A DNA stretch of 18,168 nucleotides, from contig DASCPX010000005.1 in the NCBI GenBank assembly GCA_036012755.1, positions 1 through 18,168 of the forward strand. The letters are read 5' to 3'. Under the pieces are notes generated by a model. That model was given only the letters and a program-made list of their open reading frames with translations. It was not told where the DNA came from and ran no database searches. The DNA is from Myxococcota bacterium (GTDB taxonomy: Bacteria; Myxococcota_A; UBA796; CAJQPC01). Positions 1-6,662 of the stretch are shown here, piece by piece (positions within the stretch are counted from its first letter, which is position 1; the number at the start of each line of letters is the position of its first letter). A program made the position numbers and the translations under genes.

Positions 1-82
1 TGCCGCCCTTGCTGCCGCCCTTGCTGCCGCCCTTGCTGCCGCCCTTGCTGCCGCCCTTGCTGCCGCCCTTGGAGCCACCCTT
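1..82 (-). repeat. 12-bp coding tandem repeat (GCTGCCGCCCTT)n encoding (SKGG)n
   Basis: Five perfect copies at 11-70, a partial copy at 1-10 cut by the window edge, and a synonymous-variant copy GGAGCCACCCTT at 71-82. In frame with the spike CDS. Confidence 0.95.
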
Positions 83-1264
83 CGAGTCACTCTTGTCGTC
101 TCCTCCGAAGCCGAAGTCGACGTCGCCGACGCTGCCTTCGATGCGGCCGCTGGAGTCGGCGCTGAGGTCCACGTCGTCCGTGTCCACTCCCGCGGACCAC
201 TTGCCGCTGCTGTCGGCCTTTGCGTCCACCGTGTCGGTGTCGAGCTCGGCGGACCACTTGCCCGAGCTGTCACCGCTGGCCTTGAACGCCCCGTCGCCAG
301 CTTCGACCGAGCCGCTGACCTTTCCGCTGGAGTCGACGCTCGCCTCGGCCTCCACGCCGCCACCGGATGCGCTGACCGTCACGCCGTCGCTGCTGACATC
401 GACGTCGACGCCAGAGCCTCCGGCACCACCGCCAGCCCCGCCACCACCCGCGCCGCCACCACCCGCGCCGCCGCCACCAGCACCGCCGCCACCGCCGCCA
501 CCACCGCCACCGGAAGACGACGAGGACGACGAGGACGACTCGCTGCTGTCCCCATCTTCCGTCGTCGGGGCGTGCTTGTGCTCCGGGAGCTCCTCTGTCT
601 CCTTCGACGGAAACGGAGCGCCGCCGTTGATCGCGACCAAGGCAGCCTGGTAGGTGGCCATCTGGCCGCCGTCCTGAGTCGTCATGTCCGTCGACTCGAA
701 GACCGCGGTCATCTTCGACTCCATCGAGAGCGTCTCGCACTCGAGCTTGAAGTCCTTGCACTTGATGGAGATCTTCTCCTTGGCCTCCCAGATCGTGTCC
801 TTGTCGCAGTACTCGGTGATGGTCTTCTCGGCCGAGTCGAGGACCTGGTAGATGGGCGCGGACGTGACGTCCAGGCGCGTCGACGCCTGAGCGCCCAGGC
901 CGATCTTCTCCTCGCCCTCCGTGTCGTCGAACAACACCATGTGGTCGTTTCTAGACCAGAAGACGCGGATGTTGTTCTCCTCGTCGTCGTTGTGGTACGG
1001 CTCGGCGAGGTCCTCGTCGCCGTTGTAGACGGCGCCCAGGACGTAGGGCGACATCGAACGGTAGGCGAAGCCGAGCACGACCTCGGTGCCCTCGTCGGGG
1101 AGGATGACGAGCCCCCTCTCCACCCCCGCCATCGGCGTGATCATGCGACACCACGAGGACTTCGGCAGATCCTCGCCGTCCACCGGGTACTCCACCAACA
1201 CGCGGTGGAGTCCGTCCGGGTCCTTGTTCTCCTTGACGATTCCGACGACGACGCCGTTGATCAT
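2..1264 (-). CDS. Gp5/GpV-type (phage baseplate assembly protein V / VgrG OB-fold) spike protein with long low-complexity C-terminal extension; 3' end beyond the left edge
   Basis: Translated by hand (absent from the ORF track because there is no stop in the window). ATG at 1264 follows GAGGAC: MINGVVVGIVKENKDPDGLHRVLVEYPVDGEDLPKSSWCRMITPMAGVERGLVILPDEGTEVVLGFAYRSMSPYVLGAVYNG...NNIRVFWSRNDHMVLFDDTEGEEKI. This matches the Gp5 OB-fold pattern (W-R-xx-P-x-AG, P-xx-G-x-EV, LG-xx-YN) and parallels the adjacent gene. Open for 421 codons to the edge. Confidence 0.9.
   Translation of the reverse strand, partial: MINGVVVGIVKENKDPDGLHRVLVEYPVDGEDLPKSSWCRMITPMAGVERGLVILPDEGTEVVLGFAYRSMSPYVLGAVYNGDEDLAEPYHNDDEENNIRVFWSRNDHMVLFDDTEGEEKIGLGAQASTRLDVTSAPIYQVLDSAEKTITEYCDKDTIWEAKEKISIKCKDFKLECETLSMESKMTAVFESTDMTTQDGGQMATYQAALVAINGGAPFPSKETEELPEHKHAPTTEDGDSSESSSSSSSSSGGGGGGGGGGAGGGGAGGGGAGGGGAGGGAGGSGVDVDVSSDGVTVSASGGGVEAEASVDSSGKVSGSVEAGDGAFKASGDSSGKWSAELDTDTVDAKADSSGKWSAGVDTDDVDLSADSSGRIEGSVGDVDFGFGGDDKSDSKGGSKGGSKGGSKGGSKGGSKGGSKGG
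101..334 (-). repeat. Four degenerate 19-21 aa coding repeats beginning DSSG(K/R)
   Basis: DSSGKVSGSVEAGDGAFKASG / DSSGKWSAELDTDTVDAKA / DSSGKWSAGVDTDDVDLSA / DSSGRIEGSVGDVDFGFGG, with Asp codons starting at 334, 271, 214 and 157 (spacing 63, 57, 57 nt). Confidence 0.8.
413..547 (-). repeat. Poly-Ser run followed by Gly-rich (GGGA)n linker inside the spike extension
   Basis: Minus-strand translation SSESSSSSSSSS GGGGGGGGGAGGGGAGGGGAGGGGAGGGAGGSG. Confidence 0.9.
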
Positions 1265-1274
1265 GGCGACGTCC

Positions 1275-1955
1275 TCAGTTGATCTTGGTCATCTGGGCGG
1301 TCAGGACCAGCATCTGGCCGCCGTTGACGGTCAGGGCCTGGGTCGCCTTCAGCTCCGCGGTCTTGCTGGCCTTCATCGAGATCGTCTTGTCGGCGCCGAG
1401 GATGAACTCCTTGCACTTCATGGAGATGGTCTCCTTCGCCTCGATGATGATGTCCTTGCCGCTGTAGACCGACAGGACCTTCTCGGCGGAGTCCCAGATG
1501 ACGCGGATCTCCTCGTTGTGGGAGATGAGTTCGATCCGCTCCTCGCCGTCGGTGTCGTCGAAGGTGACTCGGTGCCCCGACCGGCTCTGGAAGACGCGGA
1601 GGTTGTTCTCCTCGTCCTCGTTCGCATAGGGCGGCGTGTCGACGCCGTTGTAGAGCGAGCCAAGGACGATGGCGTGGTTGAAGTCGCCGTGCATGAAGCT
1701 GACGAGGACCTCGTCCCCGATCTCGGGGATCGTCATCCAGCCGCGCTCGCGTCCCGCCATGGGCATGACGAGCCGCGCCCAGTAGGACTCCGGCATCTCG
1801 TCTTCGCTGCCGTCCGGGGGAGGCGGCAACGAAGGAAACTTCACCTTGACGCGGCTGAGCTTGGCGTCGTCGACGTTGTCCACGACGATGGCCTCGACGA
1901 GACCCGGCATCTGGCCGGAGACCGGTCGGCCGTGCCGATCGGTGACCTTGGGCAT
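1275..1955 (-). CDS. Gp5/GpV-type spike protein (phage baseplate assembly protein V), 226 aa, stand-alone (no gp27-like hub domain)
   Basis: AIVVDNVDDAKLSRVKVKFP, YWARLVMPMAGRERGWMTIPEIGDEVLVSFMHGDFNHAIVLGSLYNG and SRSGHRVTFDDT, followed by beta-helix-like strands ending TKIN. Strong GAGGAGG RBS. Confidence 0.92.
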   Translation of the reverse strand: MPKVTDRHGRPVSGQMPGLVEAIVVDNVDDAKLSRVKVKFPSLPPPPDGSEDEMPESYWARLVMPMAGRERGWMTIPEIGDEVLVSFMHGDFNHAIVLGSLYNGVDTPPYANEDEENNLRVFQSRSGHRVTFDDTDGEERIELISHNEEIRVIWDSAEKVLSVYSGKDIIIEAKETISMKCKEFILGADKTISMKASKTAELKATQALTVNGGQMLVLTAQMTKIN

Positions 1956-1956
1956 G

Positions 1957-2062
1957 GCACCCTCCTCTAGAGGGGTGCTCGATCAGTGCGGTGCGAACGC
2001 ATGGCGGGCTCCCCGAGGGAATGGTTGGAACGGAAGAGGTGAGCCCGCCGTGTTCGCCGTAC
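1957..2062. promoter_or_regulatory. Structured intergenic region: RBS-sequestering hairpin (1957-1978) and long stem-loop (about 1986-2062)
   Basis: GCACCC (1957-62) and GGGTGC (1973-78) enclose the SD of the 1955 gene. GCGAAC-GC-ATGGCGGGCTC (1993-2011) is complementary to GAGCCCGCCGTGTTCGC (2041-2057). Function is inferred. Confidence 0.5.
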
Positions 2063-2088
2063 GGCCATGACGCTCGGGCCCACTCGAA

Positions 2089-2842
2089 TCATGACGGGTT
2101 TGAGGGCGACTGTCGAGGTCGTTTGACGAGGTGGAGGGGCTCGCAAGAGTACTCGATGGCTCTGCGAGGACCGACGGCGAGCCGCCAGATGAGCCCGTCC
2201 TCCTCGACGAGGAGATCGTAGGCCACCAACTTCGAGCGGAGCTCTGCCGATGTGAAACGAGCCTCGGGGCGATCGTCGAAGGCGTAGGGACAGGTGATCA
2301 GCAAGGTCCCTCCTGGCCGAGCACGAGCCCGGAGTGCTGACACGAGTCCAGGATGTTCAGCAGCAAGACGCCGTCGAACTGCTCTCCATCGAAGGGCGGA
2401 TCCGCACCGTCCCCGCACACAGCCGGCCCCGGGTAGGTCCGGCACATGTCGAAGTCCTGGTCGACGCCGATGACGTCGCTTCGTCCATGCCAGCCGACTC
2501 CACAGCCGAGGTCGACGAGGTCCCCGTCGAGGCTCGCCACGATCTCGCGCACGGCGTGGACCAACTCGCCGTCCACGACGCCGTAGCTCTTCGCCAGCGC
2601 TCGTGGGGCTCCGAGCCGTTGGAGCACGTCCTCTGGCAGATCCCGCCGAGCCAGGACCGAGCCACGATGATGTTCGAGCCAGGCATCGAGGTCCCGCATC
2701 ACGATGGGAACGCCATCGACGACGGGGTGGAAGGCCGAGCAGGCAGGACAGCGCAGCCCCCCTCCCCCATGTGGAGGTGGGCACGGTGGAACTGCCCCTC
2801 CACGCTGCGCCGGCAGCGCGGACAGACCAGAGGGATCCTCAC
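2089..2842 (-). pseudogene. Trm112-like/Zn-ribbon plus class I SAM-dependent methyltransferase, split over three frames
   Basis: GTG at 2842 overlaps the PAAR stop (GTGA). Frame 1 reads MRIPLVCPRC...HMGEGG. After a shift in the G-run at 2757-2768, frame 2 reads LRCPACSAFHPVVDGVPIVMRD...DLVDLGCGVG...IGVD...GDGADPPFDGEQFDGVLLLNILDS. After a shift near 2311-2320, frame 3 reads PGGTLLITCPY...stop at 2089. Confidence 0.75.
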
Positions 2843-3159
2843 CCCCCGACGTCGACGTCGGGGCTGCCCTGGACGAGCGTGCCGATGCCGCCGCAGTGAG
2901 CCGTCAGATCGCCCAGGCGACACACGGAGATGTCGTTGACGGTGACCGTGGCGCTGCCGGTCATGCAGGCCCAGGTGTTGGGGCCGCAGCAGGCCGCATG
3001 GACGCCCGGATCCCCGATGCGGAGCACGGCCAGCCCGTTGACGAACGTGTTGGGAGAGCCCGAGACCGCGGGACCGATGACCGAATGCGAGCAGCATTTG
3101 CGGCCGTGGGAGTCCGCGGGGTTGAAGGCCATGTCCGTAACGCGAGAGACGACTGGCAT
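2839..3159 (-). CDS. PAAR-domain spike-tip protein, 106 aa
   Basis: GSPNTFVNGLAVLRIGD, GSATVTVNDISVCRLGD, HCGG.G.LVQGSPDVDVGG: three degenerate PAAR-type repeats with His/Cys clusters. RBS CAGGAGGGAG. Confidence 0.93.
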   Translation of the reverse strand: MPVVSRVTDMAFNPADSHGRKCCSHSVIGPAVSGSPNTFVNGLAVLRIGDPGVHAACCGPNTWACMTGSATVTVNDISVCRLGDLTAHCGGIGTLVQGSPDVDVGG

Positions 3160-3177
3160 GCTCCCTCCTGGCTCCCC

Positions 3178-3186
3178 AATGTAGCA
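3178..3186 (-). promoter_or_regulatory. Candidate extended -10 promoter element upstream of PAAR
   Basis: The minus strand reads TG-C-TACATT (TGnTAnnnT), ending 18 nt before the PAAR ATG and just upstream of its SD. Confidence 0.35.
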
Positions 3187-3208
3187 GCCAAAAGGTGGTC
3201 TCGCGGGA

Positions 3209-4552
3209 TCAGAACTCGACGCGGGCCCCCGTGCCGATGTGGCTGACCCCGGCGAATGCGCCCAGCGCCGAGTCGGGCGGTCCCTGCACCCACGTCCCGC
3301 CGAGCTGCCAGCTGACGGCGTCGCCCTGCAGTACGTGGAGATCGCCGCCGGCGAGGACGCCGCGACCGTCGCTCAGCGCTCGGCCTTCCAGGGCCACCGT
3401 CGGCGTGATCGACCATCGCAGAAAGACCACGCCGTAGTCGCGCAGCTCCTCGCGGCTCCGCTCGGTGGGGAAGCCGTGGAGCCACTGCAGGTTCAGGTAG
3501 ACCTGCCCGAAGCCCCGGTCGACGCCGACGACCCACCGGGGGTAGACGAGCCCGTCCTGGCTGAGCTCGGTGGGGATCGGATCGGGGACCTCGTCGATGG
3601 TCCCCAGCCGCTCGAGCGCCTCCAGCTGCGACTTCGAGAACTGGACCTCGACGAACTCTGGTCGCACCGCGGCCACCTCGACCCAGCCGACGACGTCCCA
3701 GGCCAGGTCGCGCCGCCACTCTCCAGCGACCTGCTGCACTCGCGGGTAGACGATGGGCACACCGAGATCGACGCGATCGGAGTCGGTCTGGAAGCCCGTG
3801 ATGCGCAGCTCGCCGCCGACCTGCGGCAGGCTGTCGCGGCCGTGGTAGCCGGAGATGGCCCAGTCCCCGGCTCGGGTAGCCCAGAAGAACCGAGCACCTA
3901 CAGCGATGTCGGCGATGCGGTCCTCTGGGAGATCGACCCGGGACTCCAGGCGGCCGATCTCGTTGTCCCCCGCTTCGATGGAGTCCAGGGACGCCTGGCC
4001 GTCCCCGAGCACATCCACCACGTCCGTGGGCAGCAGGGCCGGCTGGAACCAGGGCACGACCGCGATCTCCAGCGACGCCTGCCCGCGGTGGGCAAGCGCG
4101 CGCAGCATCGGAGTCGCCAGCCGCTGGTCGAAGCGGGTGGGATCCTCGAGGTCGTAGGCGTTGACGACGTTGGCCGGGTTGAGTCCGTCCGCGACCCCCC
4201 AGTGGAGCCGCTGAGCCCCGATCCCGAGGTCCAACCAGGACCCGATGCTGGTGACCTGGGCCTCCTGCAGCTTCAGCGAGCTGTTCTGGACGAGGGAGAC
4301 GGTGCCTGCCTCCTCGAGGGCCTCCGCGCCCGAGGGACCGTGCACGCGCAGGTCCGCCTCGAGGCGAGCGTCGTAGCGCCCGTGCCGCAGGCGCACGTGG
4401 CCACCGGCGACGGCGGCGTCGTGGAAGTCCAACCAGCCGCAGTCGCCGAAGGTGTTGGCCAGATCACAACCCAGCCCTAGCCGGAGGTTGCCCTCGGCGT
4501 GCCCACCGACCTCGACATCCTGTGCCACAGCGAGGCCGATGAGCAGGAGCAC
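3209..4552 (-). CDS. Outer-membrane beta-barrel protein, DUF1302-like, 447 aa
   Basis: Short signal MLLLIGLAVA-Q. LGIGAQRLHWGVADGLNPANVVNAYDL resembles the G.Q...WG..D.....D.LNP.D motif. Amphipathic strands and a C-terminal Phe (ARVEF). An in-frame stop 9 nt upstream fixes the GTG start. Confidence 0.75.
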   Translation of the reverse strand: MLLLIGLAVAQDVEVGGHAEGNLRLGLGCDLANTFGDCGWLDFHDAAVAGGHVRLRHGRYDARLEADLRVHGPSGAEALEEAGTVSLVQNSSLKLQEAQVTSIGSWLDLGIGAQRLHWGVADGLNPANVVNAYDLEDPTRFDQRLATPMLRALAHRGQASLEIAVVPWFQPALLPTDVVDVLGDGQASLDSIEAGDNEIGRLESRVDLPEDRIADIAVGARFFWATRAGDWAISGYHGRDSLPQVGGELRITGFQTDSDRVDLGVPIVYPRVQQVAGEWRRDLAWDVVGWVEVAAVRPEFVEVQFSKSQLEALERLGTIDEVPDPIPTELSQDGLVYPRWVVGVDRGFGQVYLNLQWLHGFPTERSREELRDYGVVFLRWSITPTVALEGRALSDGRGVLAGGDLHVLQGDAVSWQLGGTWVQGPPDSALGAFAGVSHIGTGARVEF

Positions 4553-4561
4553 CTGTTTCTA

Positions 4562-5062
4562 CTAGAGCCGCGCGCCGACCAGGTCGAGCGTGATGTCGCA
4601 GGGATCGCTGGTGATGGTCGGGCAGGTGTCGCCCTGCGTGTTCGAGGTCGTGAGCGTTGCCGTCGCGCTGATCTCGCCGGCGCTGACGACGGTGATGTCG
4701 ACGTAGATCGACATGTCCGCCGTGCAGCCCGGGTACTGGTCGGCGTCGAGCTCGACAGCGGTCTGGGAGGCACCGTCGACGACCAGGTTCTGGGCGCCGC
4801 CGTCCACCATCGTGACCTCCATGTCGGAGAAGGGGTCCTGCAAGGCGATGGTGTAGGTCGCCGGCAGCTCGTCCCAGCCGGGAAGGTAGGTGGGGTTGGC
4901 CCAGTCGTTGGTGCTGTCGTCCCCATCCGGGAGGAAGACGGTGTTGATCGCCCCGTCGTAGCAGCCATCGTCGACGGCGGTCGTGGTGATCTGGAAGTCG
5001 CCGCCGGCGAAGTCCTCGGCGTCGTCCGTAGTGCAGGCGAGCGCGGTGAGCAGCAGGGTCAT
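4562..5062 (-). CDS. Putative lipoprotein, 166 aa, acidic and Thr-rich with four additional Cys
   Basis: MTLLLTALA-C lipobox-like start at ATG 5062. The extension to 5191 in the ORF track is Arg/Pro-rich and overlaps a divergent ORF. Confidence 0.8.
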   Translation of the reverse strand: MTLLLTALACTTDDAEDFAGGDFQITTTAVDDGCYDGAINTVFLPDGDDSTNDWANPTYLPGWDELPATYTIALQDPFSDMEVTMVDGGAQNLVVDGASQTAVELDADQYPGCTADMSIYVDITVVSAGEISATATLTTSNTQGDTCPTITSDPCDITLDLVGARL

Positions 5063-5115
5063 GGTGTCTCTATTGTGTTCCGCCGGGGGTCTATCACCGG
5101 ATAGGATCATCGGCG

Positions 5116-5316
5116 ATGAACGCACGGAATGCCGAGCGGCTCGCGGACGGGCTCTTTCGGGTGGGCTGCCGCCTGAAGACCCTCGTCCCACGACGCGTCC
5201 GAAGGAACCTCGACCAGCGTCTCTTCTATGCGATCTTCAACCTGACCCGCGTCACGAACGACGACTACGGCCAGGAGCCCGTCAGAACGAAGCGGACCAA
5301 GCGAGATCGAGGGTGA
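5116..5316 (+). CDS. Small basic hypothetical protein, 66 aa
   Basis: Fills the gap between two minus-strand genes. Codons mostly end in G/C, and DQRLFYAIFNLTRVTNDDYG looks protein-like. TAGGAT lies 8 nt upstream of the ATG. Confidence 0.55.
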   Translation: MNARNAERLADGLFRVGCRLKTLVPRRVRRNLDQRLFYAIFNLTRVTNDDYGQEPVRTKRTKRDRG

Positions 5317-5725
5317 GCTGGCCGTCCGCCGCGAGGGCCTCGCCCTGTAGCGCCCCGCCCTCCTCGTCCAATCGGAGCGTGCCGAGGTAGAAGTCGTCCT
5401 CGGTCCACCTCAGCGACTCGTAGAGCACGCCGATCAGCGCGTCGTCGCCTGGGAGGTTGTAGACGCCGGGCTCGGCGGACACCGTGACCCAAGCCTCGCC
5501 GTCCTCCAGTCGGAGCCCGATGTCCACCTGGGACTCCGAGGCGCAGAGCTCCTCCGGCGTGGCGAGGAGCGGGAGCCCGTCCAGAGTCCACTCCAAGACG
5601 CTGAGGTCCCCCGGATCCTGCTCGGAGAGGTGGTCCAGGCGACAGCCGCCACCGCCTCCCGGGACAGCGGAGGTGTCGCTCGCTTCCGGCTCGGGCCAGG
5701 TGCACGCCAACAGAAGCCACGTCAT
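5282..5725 (-). CDS. Putative lipoprotein, 147 aa
   Basis: MTWLLLA-C at ATG 5725 followed by an acidic beta-rich body. The upstream part of the tracked 444-aa ORF is antisense to pyrF. Confidence 0.75.
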   Translation of the reverse strand: MTWLLLACTWPEPEASDTSAVPGGGGGCRLDHLSEQDPGDLSVLEWTLDGLPLLATPEELCASESQVDIGLRLEDGEAWVTVSAEPGVYNLPGDDALIGVLYESLRWTEDDFYLGTLRLDEEGGALQGEALAADGQLTLDLAWSASF

Positions 5726-5749
5726 GCCCCAGAGGCTATCCGAGGAGTG

Positions 5750-6625
5750 ATGTTCATCGCCCGCCTGGATGCCGCCATCTCCCGCTGTCGAGCTCCCGCG
5801 ATCGTGGGCCTCGACCCTCACCTCCACCGCCTGCCGCGTCCGCTGCGCTCCCGCTTCGAGGGGCTCGTCGGCGACGCGTTCCGCCGGGCCGCAGCGGAGG
5901 CCGTGCTGGAGTGGGGGGTCGCCGTGCTCGACGGGATCGCGGGAGTCGTGCCGGCGACCAAACCCCAGATCGCCTTCTTCGAACAGCTCGGGAGCGCCGG
6001 CTTCGCCGTCCTGGAGGTGCTCTGCCAGGAGGCCCGCAGGCGCGATCTGATCGTGCTGATCGACGCCAAGCGAGGGGACATCGGCTCGACCGCGGAGGGC
6101 TACGCCCGCGCCCTGCTGGACGACGACGGCCCCCTCGGCGCAGACGCGATCACGCTCAGTCCCTACCTTGGTCGCGACAGCATCGAGCCCTTCATCGCCC
6201 GCTGTCCGGACAAGGGGGTCTTCGTGTTGGTGCGGACCTCGAACCCTGGCGGAGCGGACCTGCAGGACCGCGATGCGCTGCGGGTCGCCGGTTGGATCCG
6301 AGCCTGGAACGAGGGCTACGCCGATCTGGGCCCGGTCGGTGCAGTGGTCGGCGCCACGGTTCCGGAGGAGGCGGTCGCCCTGCGGGCCGCCATGCCGAAG
6401 GCCATGATCCTGGTCCCCGGCTACGGCGCCCAGGGTGGCAGCGCGCGGGACACACGGCCCTGTTTTCGCGATGACCAGCGGGGCGCGATCGTCAACAGCG
6501 CGCGCGGGGTCATCTTTCCGGCGAAGGGGCTCGAAGAGGCCTACGACAGCGACCCGGGCGAGGTCGTCCGGATCCAGGCCACCGCGTTTGCCCGAGACCT
6601 TCGGGAGAACCTCCACGACAGCTGA
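5750..6625 (+). CDS. pyrF: Orotidine-5'-phosphate decarboxylase (subfamily 2)
   Basis: VGLDP, KPQIAFFE, catalytic DAKRGDIGST, SPYLG, VRTSNPG, GAVVGAT, LVPGYGAQGG, NSARGVI. Start ATG 5750 (or GTG 5747) after GAGGAG. Confidence 0.97.
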   Translation: MFIARLDAAISRCRAPAIVGLDPHLHRLPRPLRSRFEGLVGDAFRRAAAEAVLEWGVAVLDGIAGVVPATKPQIAFFEQLGSAGFAVLEVLCQEARRRDLIVLIDAKRGDIGSTAEGYARALLDDDGPLGADAITLSPYLGRDSIEPFIARCPDKGVFVLVRTSNPGGADLQDRDALRVAGWIRAWNEGYADLGPVGAVVGATVPEEAVALRAAMPKAMILVPGYGAQGGSARDTRPCFRDDQRGAIVNSARGVIFPAKGLEEAYDSDPGEVVRIQATAFARDLRENLHDS

Positions 6626-6662
6626 GCAGCTCGGTTAGCCTCTGCTCTTCCTTGGAGCTCAC

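Noticed and set aside
1..82. Possible CRISPR array
   Set aside because: Head-to-tail 12-bp units with no spacers, lying inside a CDS, and no cas genes.
9..653. 214-aa Pro-rich plus-strand ORF (LPPL repeats, poly-Pro, DDEDDE)
   Set aside because: It is the antisense mirror of the Gly/Ser/Lys codons of the minus-strand spike gene, which is continuous with a recognisable Gp5 domain.
572..1970. Plus-strand ORFs of 236 and 294 aa
   Set aside because: Antisense shadows of the two spike genes, with no motifs.
2089..2784. 231-aa and 134-aa ORFs as independent genes
   Set aside because: Each carries only part of one methyltransferase, so they are better explained as frames of a single broken gene.
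1..3159. Calling the region a prophage or a complete T6SS
   Set aside because: No integrase, capsid, terminase, sheath, tube or Tss membrane-complex genes in the window. Only the spike and tip genes are supported.
3176..3192. Sigma-54 promoter (TGGC-N7-TTGG) before PAAR
   Set aside because: It lacks the conserved -12 GC, and the implied start site would fall within the RBS.
3239..4480. 413-aa plus-strand ORF
   Set aside because: Antisense to the barrel gene, with typical high-GC shadow composition.
5726..6616. N-terminal 297 aa of the tracked 444-aa minus ORF
   Set aside because: Antisense to pyrF; the real gene begins at ATG 5725.
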